From the NCBI GenBank assembly GCA_965283725.1, contig CBDIPT010000001.1, positions 975,730 to 1,039,729 on the forward strand: a stretch of 64,000 bases of DNA. Direction: 5' to 3'. Below the pieces are notes generated by a model. It was given only the letters and a program-made list of their open reading frames with translations, was not told where the DNA came from and did not search any database. Position numbers and translations under genes: made by a program. Source of the DNA: Limisphaerales bacterium. GTDB taxonomy: Bacteria; Verrucomicrobiota; Verrucomicrobiia; Limisphaerales; JAEYXS01. Shown here piece after piece: positions 49,439 through 56,257 of the stretch. Numbering within the stretch: position 1 is the first letter of the stretch; the number at the start of each line of letters is the position of its first letter.

Positions 49439-50578
49439 ATGAGCACACCCAACCAACGCAAGCGCGTCCTCTTCGTGGATGACGACCAGAGCTTCCTCGA
49501 GATGATCGAGAATCTCTTCAGCATGTGGGCCAAGGGCTCATGGGAGATTTTGCTCGCTCCCACCACGGGCAAGGCGCTTGCGCTGTTGCAGGAAAAACCG
49601 ATGGACCTCATCGTCATCGACCTGCATATGCCGGTGATGGATGGCTTCCAGTTCTTGAAGCTGGTGCACCGGAAGTATCCCAATCTGCCCAAGGCCATCA
49701 TGACGGGCGCGGTGGATACGGCATACCGCGAGCTGTGTCTGACCAACGGGGCCGAGATCTATCTGCAAAAGCCAGCGGCCATCGACCAGATGGAGTCGGT
49801 ATTCACGATGCTCAATGAGATCGTGGACGTGCAGGCCGTAGAAGGTTTTCGCGGTGTTTTGCGGCGCGTGGGCTTGCAGGAGGTGCTGCAGCTCGAGTGC
49901 TTGGGCACGAAGTCTTCCGTGCTGGAGATCACGACGCAGGGGACGAAGGGCAGCATTTACATCCGGGACGGGAATATCATCCACGCGCACATCGGGCAGA
50001 AGAAGGGCGAGGATGCGTTCAACCGTTTGTTGGCGTTTGATACGGGCGAGTTCGTCCTAAAGCCGTTCACTGATCCGGGTGAGGAATCGATCCACTGCCA
50101 GTGGGAAATGCTCATCATGGAGGCCGCGCGCCTGCGGGATGAAGTTAAGATGGCGGCGGATGCGGAAATGGCAGCGCTCGCCGCCGCTGGCGGACCGAAG
50201 CAGCCAACGGCCCCGGCCGAGACACCCGTGGCCCCAGTGGCCAAGATGCCATACACGCCACCGACCATCCGCCCGCAACGGCAGCCGAACCCGGCGTTGC
50301 CGCAGCCGAAGATCGAGGAGGTCATCGTGTGCTCGAATCAAGGCGAGGCGTTGTATGAATTTCAGGCCACGGATGCGGACATCCGGGTGGAACTCGCGCG
50401 GCTTTTGCAGAAGCGGGGCGAGGAGATCGCCAAGAAATTGAACTGGGGCCGTTGTGATCGCGTGGAAGCGCCGGGCAATAACACGCGCATGCTGTTCCAC
50501 ATGCAGAAGAACTGCACGGTATATGTGCGGTCCAGCAATGTGACGCCGCAAATCCTGGCGGCGTCCGCCACCAAATAG
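49439..50578 (+). CDS. Response regulator: REC + DUF4388 (PATAN) + Pro-rich linker + Roadblock-like C-terminal module
   Basis: The REC domain is present (RVLFVDDDQSF...DLIVIDLHMPVMDG). The DUF4388 signature follows (FRGVLRRVGLQEVLQLECLGTKSSVLEI...GSIYIRDGNIIHAHIGQKKGEDAFNRLL). A Pro/Ala linker leads to a C-terminal module of about 90 aa (EEVIVCSNQGEALYEF...) whose Roadblock assignment is tentative. Confidence 0.85.
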   Translation: MSTPNQRKRVLFVDDDQSFLEMIENLFSMWAKGSWEILLAPTTGKALALLQEKPMDLIVIDLHMPVMDGFQFLKLVHRKYPNLPKAIMTGAVDTAYRELCLTNGAEIYLQKPAAIDQMESVFTMLNEIVDVQAVEGFRGVLRRVGLQEVLQLECLGTKSSVLEITTQGTKGSIYIRDGNIIHAHIGQKKGEDAFNRLLAFDTGEFVLKPFTDPGEESIHCQWEMLIMEAARLRDEVKMAADAEMAALAAAGGPKQPTAPAETPVAPVAKMPYTPPTIRPQRQPNPALPQPKIEEVIVCSNQGEALYEFQATDADIRVELARLLQKRGEEIAKKLNWGRCDRVEAPGNNTRMLFHMQKNCTVYVRSSNVTPQILAASATK

Positions 50579-50585
50579 CCACGCC

Positions 50586-50927
50586 ATGCTCACCATCTTC
50601 AACAACTGGCTGAATGACAACTCGCAGGCCGAGGGCATCTTGGGGGCCGGGGTGCGTTATAGTGACAAGACGGTGTTCATCATCCCGCGGGAAACGGGGC
50701 CGAACCGGGATACGGTGGAGAACATCTGCCAGACAGTGGCGGATGTGTTTCAGACTTTCAAACTGCGCAAAGTGACAGCGCCCCGGTTGACGTGGAAATT
50801 CGAGAAGGGGACGCTTTATTCCGCCATGAGATCAGACGGTAACTGCCTGTGCCTGCTCGCTACGGAGAAAGTGCAGCAAGAGGAGTTGGACCGGATCTTT
50901 TACGAGTTCCAGACGCTGTGGGGTTAA
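50586..50927 (+). CDS. Small Roadblock/LC7 (MglB)-like protein (tentative)
   Basis: A 113-aa ORF starting 8 nt after the regulator gene. The GILGAGVRYSDKTVF and NCLCLLATEKV segments fit the Roadblock alpha/beta pattern. Not verified by search. Confidence 0.5.
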   Translation: MLTIFNNWLNDNSQAEGILGAGVRYSDKTVFIIPRETGPNRDTVENICQTVADVFQTFKLRKVTAPRLTWKFEKGTLYSAMRSDGNCLCLLATEKVQQEELDRIFYEFQTLWG

Positions 50928-50974
50928 AATCCAAAGCCAAAAACTCCAAGCTCCTGAGAAACCTCAGTTTTAAA

Positions 50975-51014
50975 AGCTCCAACGCGCCGGTAAACATTGG
51001 CGCCTGGAGCTTTT
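50975..51014. terminator. Bidirectional terminator candidate between convergent genes
   Basis: AGCTCCA-AC-GCGCC-(loop)-GGCGC-C-TGGAGCT is flanked by TTTTAAAA on the 5' side and TTTTGATTT on the 3' side. Confidence 0.5.
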
Positions 51015-51024
51015 GATTTGGAGC

Positions 51025-51791
51025 TTACTTACCAGCCGTCCAGCCGCCGTCGATAATGAAGTCGGTGCCGGTAACGAAGGAGGATTCGTCACTGGCGAGA
51101 TATAAGGCTGCCGCGGCGATCTCTTCTGGCTTCGCCATGCGGCCGATGGCCTGCGTCGAGGCCATTTCGCGGTAGGCTTTTTCCGGATCAGGATATTCCG
51201 CGAGACGGGCTTTCACGAAAGGAGTTTCTACGCGACCCGGGCAGAGGCAGTTGCAGCGGATGCCTTCAAGGGCGTGATCCAACGCAATACCTTTGGTGAA
51301 GCCGACGACGGCGAACTTGGTGGTGCAATAAGCAAGGCGATCACGGACAGCCACGACACCACCGATGGAAGCGAGGTTGATGATATTGCCGGATTTGCGG
51401 GCGACCATCTGATGGATGAACGCCTTGGTGACGTTGAAGACGCCACGCACATTCACGTTGTACATGCGGTCGAGATCGGCGGCTTGCGTCTGGAGGATGT
51501 TGCCCACGTGACCGATGCCAGCGTTGTTCACGAGGATATCGAGCCGGCCTTTGGCGGCGTGAACGGTTTGAGCGGCTTGCGTGCAATTCTCCTCAAGCGC
51601 GACGTCCAGTTTCAGAAATTCAGCCTGACCACCGGCGGCCTTGATCTTATCGACGGTTACGGCCCCGCCTTTTTCATCGCGATCGGCGACGTAAACAAAC
51701 GCTCCCGCTGGGCAAAAACTTCGGCGATCGATTGGCCGATACCAGAACCCGCACCGGTCACCAATGTGACTTTATCTTTCAGGCTGAACAT
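51025..51791 (-). pseudogene. Short-chain dehydrogenase/reductase (classical SDR), disrupted by 1-nt deletion
   Basis: The N-terminus MFSLKDKVTLVTGAGSGIGQSIAEVFAQ (frame of ORF 51657..51950, ATG at 51791) continues as AGAFVYVADRDEKGG...NNAGI...YCTTKFAV...IIDGGWTAGK in the frame of ORF 51025..51531. One missing base near 51707 explains the split. Confidence 0.85.
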
Positions 51792-51897
51792 GCGCGGCAA
51801 AGTAGCGAGTGAGCGAAAAGGGAACAAGCGGTTTTGCGGGGCGGACGATAGATAAGGGCCATAGAGAGGGAAACAGCGAAAACCGAACGTGTCAGCA

Positions 51898-51939
51898 GGG
51901 GGGAATGAAATCGAGGACGAGGACGAGAGCGAGGACGAT
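51898..51939. repeat. G6 + (GACGAG)-like purine-rich dispersed repeat, copy B
   Basis: GGGGGGAATGAAATCGAGGACGAGGACGAGAGCGAGGACGAT is related to copy A at 40961-41005. Confidence 0.5.
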
Positions 51940-52326
51940 GTCGGAAGCATGGCCTGTGCTATGTGACTTCGCTTTCGTGGTGATAAAAAAAGAACAACGG
52001 TGGGAACGGGCAGGATTGCAGCCGTGAACTGGTGGGTTTCGACCAGTCGCCTATGGAGTAGTGGTCAAAAAGAGCCACCATGCTAAGGGTGGGTTTATAC
52101 CTTTTGGTATCAAATGGCGTAACTTGCTGGAAATCAACGATTCAACAGGTTGGTACGGCCTGTGCTATGGCATAGAACCATGATAGTAATACAACATTCT
52201 GACAACCGGGATGAAGTATTAAATCCTACCGTTCGCATCATCATGGTGCGCGCTAAAAGGCCTATCTCACGTCCCACCTCCGACGCCGGGTTCTAACCGT
52301 CGTTCTTCTAAATGTTGAGTTGTTGC

Positions 52327-52362
52327 CTGGCGGTTGGCGAAAGCCAACCGCCAGTTTCTTTT
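52327..52362 (+). terminator. Strong Rho-independent terminator inside the region upstream of the pyrophosphatase gene
   Basis: CTGGCGGTTGGC-GAAA-GCCAACCGCCAG forms a 12-bp perfect stem and is followed by TTTCTTTT. It lies 82 nt upstream of the ATG at 52444. Confidence 0.8.
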
Positions 52363-52443
52363 CCGCGTTATGACGGGCTGGGATCGGCAAGAAAAATTCT
52401 TTCGCAAAAAACGCAAAAGCGGGTCATCTTAGGGTCAACCCCT

Positions 52444-54915
52444 ATGCGCAACGCGAAGACTTACTTCCTTGGGCTTCTTGGCACGCTGGGATTTCATATC
52501 CAAGGGTTTGCCGGTGAGGCGGATATCCACTTACCAAATCTTGATGAGGTCGTTTTCCTCCTGCCGGGCGGCAGCTTGAGCGGGATGACCGTGCTTTATG
52601 CGGGGCTGGTGATCTGCGTTTTGGCCGCCGCGTATGGTTGGTGGCAATACTTGCAGACGGCCGCGCTGCCGGTGCATGCCCGCATGCGCGATGTCTCCCA
52701 TATCATTTGGGAGACGTGCAAAACGTATCTGTTCCAGCAAGGACGTTTCCTGGCGATGCTCTGGCTGCTCATCGCGGCCTGCATGATCTATTACTTCTAT
52801 TTTCTGCAGGAGAAGAGCGTGGGCGCGGTGCTGGTCGTGCTGGCGTGTTCTATCTTGGGTATCTTGGGTTCGTATGGGGTGGCGTGGTTCGGCATCCGCA
52901 TCAATACGGTGGCGAACAGCCGGACGGCTTTTTCGGCGCTGACGGGGCAGGCGTTCAAGACGTTGAACATCCCGCTGCAGTCCGGCATGAGCGTCGGTCT
53001 GTTGCTGGTGAGCGTGGAGCTGTTCTTCATGATCTGCATCCTGACGATGCTGCCGCGTGACCTAGTGGGGGCATGCTTCATCGGGTTTGCGATCGGTGAA
53101 TCCCTAGGGGCGAGTGCGCTGCGCATCTGTGGCGGTATCTTCACGAAGATCGCTGACATCGGGGCGGACTTGATGAAGATCGTGTTCAAGCTGCCGGAGG
53201 ATGATCCGAAGAATCCGGGCGTCATCGCGGATTGCACGGGTGATAACGCGGGCGACAGCGTGGGGCCGACGGCGGACGGCTTCGAGACTTACGGGGTGAC
53301 CGGTGTGGCTTTGATCGCGTTTCTCGCTTTGGCCCTCGTGGGATCACCGGCGGTTTGCGGTACATTGATCGTGTGGCTTTTTGCCATGCGCATCCTGATG
53401 GTCATCACGTCGGTGGTTTCGTATTACGTGAATGATGGGTTGAGCCGGGCGAAGTATGGGGCCTTGAAAGATTTCGATTTCGAGGCGCCGCTGACGAACT
53501 TGGTCTGGATCACATCGATCATCTCCATCGTGGTAACGTTTGCGGCGAGCTGGCTATTGCTCGCGCGGATGGAGGGGATGAGCGAGCTCTGGTGGGTGCT
53601 CTCGATCATCATCAGTTGCGGCACCATCGCCGGAGCAGTGATACCGGAGATCACAAAAGCCTTCACCAGCACGCATTCGCGGCATGTGAAGGAAGTGACC
53701 AATGCATCGCATCACGGCGGGGCGTCGTTGAACATTCTCTCCGGTTTTGTGGCGGGGAATTTTTCCGCTTTCTGGATGGGGCTGGTGATCATGGGGCTGA
53801 TGCTGGTGGCGTACCTGGTCTCGCAGCATACGGCGATGCTCCAGCTCATGCCGGAGAAATATACGTTCGCAGCCCCGATCTTCGCTTTCGGCCTGGTGGC
53901 GTTCGGTTTTTTGGGGATGGGGCCGGTGACGATCGCGGTGGACAGCTTTGGGCCGGTGACGGACAACGCTCAATCGGTCTATGAACTGAGCCAGATCGAA
54001 GCGCAGCCGAACATTGCACAGGAGATCCAAAGGGATTTTGGATTCACGCCCGATTTTGAAGGCGCGAAGCATCAATTGGAGAAGGGGGATGGTGCCGGGA
54101 ACACGTTCAAGGCAACGGCCAAGCCGGTGCTCATCGGCACCGCTGTGGTCGGAGCGACGACGATGGTCTTCGGGATCATCCTGTTGCTGGAACAGAAATA
54201 TGGCGATGTGGTGACGCGGTTGAGTCTGGTGCAACCGGAGGTGATCTTGGGGCTCTTGATGGGCGGCTCGGTGGTCTATTGGTTCACGGGGGCATCGACT
54301 CAAGCGGTGGTCACCGGGGCGTATCGCGCGGTGGTGTTCATCAAGGAGAACATGAAGCTGGATGCGGCGGTGGCCTCCATCGCGGACAGCAAGAAAGTGG
54401 TCGAGATCTGCACCGTGTATGCGCAGAAGGGCATGGTGAACATCTTTGTGGTCATCTTCTGTTTCTCACTCGCACTGCCATTTTTCAGCCCGTATTTCTT
54501 CATCGGTTATCTGGTGGCGATGGCGTTCTTCGGACTCTTCCAGGCGGTGTTCATGGCGAATGCGGGCGGGGCTTGGGATAATGCCAAGAAGATCGTGGAA
54601 GTGGACATGCGCATGAAGGGGACGGAGCTGCACGCGGCCACGGTGGTGGGGGATACGGTGGGCGATCCTTTCAAAGATACATCCTCGGTGTCACTGAATC
54701 CGGTCATCAAATTCACCACACTCTTCGGCTTGCTGGCGGTGGAGATCGCCGTGACGTTGCAGGATCAGGCTTTGAAATACGGGATCGGAGTCGTGTTCTT
54801 CCTCGTGGCACTAGGCTTTGTATACCGCTCTTTCTACGGCATGCGCATCCCGGAACCGGAGATGGGCGCGGAAGATGTGATGGTGATCGGCGCGCCAGAG
54901 GACAAGCTGAAGTAG
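52444..54915 (+). CDS. hppA: Membrane-integral pyrophosphate-energised pump (M-PPase), divergent, Lys-type (K+-independent signature)
   Basis: ORF 52312..54915. I prefer the ATG at 52444 because the longer version would span the terminator. M-PPase blocks are present: IADCTGDNAGDSVGPTADGFETYG, GGAWDNAKK and TVGDPFKDTSSVSLNPVIKF. GNTFKATAKP aligns with GNTTKAVTKG of K+-independent enzymes. Confidence 0.93.
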   Translation: MRNAKTYFLGLLGTLGFHIQGFAGEADIHLPNLDEVVFLLPGGSLSGMTVLYAGLVICVLAAAYGWWQYLQTAALPVHARMRDVSHIIWETCKTYLFQQGRFLAMLWLLIAACMIYYFYFLQEKSVGAVLVVLACSILGILGSYGVAWFGIRINTVANSRTAFSALTGQAFKTLNIPLQSGMSVGLLLVSVELFFMICILTMLPRDLVGACFIGFAIGESLGASALRICGGIFTKIADIGADLMKIVFKLPEDDPKNPGVIADCTGDNAGDSVGPTADGFETYGVTGVALIAFLALALVGSPAVCGTLIVWLFAMRILMVITSVVSYYVNDGLSRAKYGALKDFDFEAPLTNLVWITSIISIVVTFAASWLLLARMEGMSELWWVLSIIISCGTIAGAVIPEITKAFTSTHSRHVKEVTNASHHGGASLNILSGFVAGNFSAFWMGLVIMGLMLVAYLVSQHTAMLQLMPEKYTFAAPIFAFGLVAFGFLGMGPVTIAVDSFGPVTDNAQSVYELSQIEAQPNIAQEIQRDFGFTPDFEGAKHQLEKGDGAGNTFKATAKPVLIGTAVVGATTMVFGIILLLEQKYGDVVTRLSLVQPEVILGLLMGGSVVYWFTGASTQAVVTGAYRAVVFIKENMKLDAAVASIADSKKVVEICTVYAQKGMVNIFVVIFCFSLALPFFSPYFFIGYLVAMAFFGLFQAVFMANAGGAWDNAKKIVEVDMRMKGTELHAATVVGDTVGDPFKDTSSVSLNPVIKFTTLFGLLAVEIAVTLQDQALKYGIGVVFFLVALGFVYRSFYGMRIPEPEMGAEDVMVIGAPEDKLK

Positions 54916-54917
54916 GC

Positions 54918-55640
54918 CTAGCCGCCTGCGCCTTCGTCAATCATCTGGGCGGCGCGCATGAGCAGGTCCGTCCAGTTGGCCGTGATGGTGCGGGGCAGTT
55001 CTGGTGTTACGGGCACCTCACCGATCTTGCCGCCTTTCCAGCTCAGGATGCGGCAGAAGGCGGCTTCACCCGTGAGGTCACCGCAGGTGGAGTGAAAGAC
55101 CAGCCCGTTGCGAAAATAGACGACGCCGGTATTGCCGGTTGGAGTGGTGAACTGCAGGCCGATGGTGGCCATGGAGAGGCATTTCAACTGGACCAGGTCC
55201 ATGGGCGTCAAACTGCTCAGGCTGCCTTCAAAGGCCAGTTCGGAAGTTTGAGCTACCGGCGCTTCATTCAGCAATTCGCGGATGAGCCGGGCAAAATCCT
55301 TCATCTTGAAGGGCTTTTCAAAGAAACGGACAGCACCGGCGGATTGGGCGCGCTGGCGCAGTTCTGGCAGCTTGCTGGCCGTCATGAAGATGGCGCGGGG
55401 CAGCGAGACGTGCTCGCGTTTCAGTTCGGTCAGGAAATCGATGCTGTTGCCGTCGGGCAACTGGATGTCGAGGATGAAGAGGTCAAACTTCTGGGCGGCA
55501 ATCTTCTGGCGGGCTTCCTTGATGGTGATGGCGGTGATGAATTTGACTTCGGGCAGCTCGCGGGAGAGCGTCGTCACAACAAGGTGGGAAGATACCAGGT
55601 TATCTTCGAGAAACAGGATGTTGTACTTTTTATCGGACAT
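54918..55640 (-). CDS. Response regulator: REC + DUF4388 (PATAN)
   Basis: The REC domain (YNILFLEDNLVS...FDLFILDIQLPDGNS) and DUF4388 region (SLSSLTPMDLVQLKCLSMATIGLQF...GVVYFRNGLVFHSTCGDLTGEAAFCRIL) are present. The stop lies 2 nt from the convergent hppA stop. Confidence 0.85.
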   Translation of the reverse strand: MSDKKYNILFLEDNLVSSHLVVTTLSRELPEVKFITAITIKEARQKIAAQKFDLFILDIQLPDGNSIDFLTELKREHVSLPRAIFMTASKLPELRQRAQSAGAVRFFEKPFKMKDFARLIRELLNEAPVAQTSELAFEGSLSSLTPMDLVQLKCLSMATIGLQFTTPTGNTGVVYFRNGLVFHSTCGDLTGEAAFCRILSWKGGKIGEVPVTPELPRTITANWTDLLMRAAQMIDEGAGG

Positions 55641-55880
55641 TGCTTCGCACTTCTTCTTTGGCTTTCAGGATAGTGCATGGGAGAAGCGGGGCTGTCGAGT
55701 CTGGAGGCTTGCAGGCTGATTTTGTCTCCAGATAGGGCGCATAGCGCATATAGGCCTAATGGTGTAAGCACATTGATAAGAGGATGACGGCATGAAAAGA
55801 GCCGGAATGAGGCTGGAAGTGGAAGATTCGAGTTCCAAAGAATGGAAAACGGGATAGACGAGATGATTTTGGGTAGTTGG

Positions 55881-55930
55881 AGTGAGCTATAGCGAGCGTA
55901 GTGATAACGCAGTGCGGAAAAGTGTGGCTG
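55881..55930 (+). repeat. Direct repeat copy 1 (50 nt) in long purine-rich intergenic region
   Basis: AGTGAGCTATAGCGAGCGTAGTGATAACGCAGTGCGGAAAAGTGTGGCTG matches copy 2 at 41 of 50 positions. The shared perfect 17-mer is CGAGCGTAGTGATAACG. Confidence 0.8.
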
Positions 55931-56043
55931 GATAAAGCCATGGGGAAACGAATGTTTTGTGACGATATAGCCGATGGAAGGCTAACGGAGACACTGATCT
56001 GATGGCCGGGTGAACGCGTGATCGGTGAATTTTGTCCGAGAAT

Positions 56044-56093
56044 AGTGAGGAATACCGAGCGTAGTGATAACGGAGAGCGGGAAAATGTGATTG
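56044..56093 (+). repeat. Direct repeat copy 2 (50 nt)
   Basis: AGTGAGGAATACCGAGCGTAGTGATAACGGAGAGCGGGAAAATGTGATTG lies 163 nt downstream of copy 1. Confidence 0.8.
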
Positions 56094-56257
56094 AGTAGGG
56101 ATATGACAGAGCTGGTGAGGGAAAGTGAGATGGAGAGAAAGCTGGAGGGGAAACGGTCAGTTACACCTCATCGGCTACGAGGGACGGCAGGATTTTACAA
56201 TGAGGGGGACCGTTTCATCCATTGCGATGAGGCCCAAGAACAGGTAATCAAGTAACG

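Noticed and set aside
47347-50927. Calling the HEAT/REC-PATAN/Roadblock cluster an MglA/MglB polarity system.
   Set aside because: No Ras-like GTPase (P-loop GxxxxGKT plus DxxG) is encoded in or near the cluster. The Roadblock assignments rest on pattern only. I report it as a candidate variant module instead.
52312-52443. ORF-track N-terminal extension of hppA. The same applies to the extensions at 17365, 24380, 36595, 15621, 13084, 3711 and 9244.
   Set aside because: The hppA extension would translate through a strong terminator hairpin. The others start at TTG or GTG, overlap the upstream gene, and have an in-frame ATG placed right after the upstream stop with a canonical family N-terminus.
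55756-55941. A 61-aa minus-strand ORF inside the repeat-containing intergenic region, and the 177-aa ORF 47265..47798 (-) overlapping the HEAT gene start.
   Set aside because: The first is a pyrimidine-strand read-through of a purine-rich non-coding region with no start context. The second is antisense to the HEAT-repeat gene and is Ala/Ser/Arg-rich junk.
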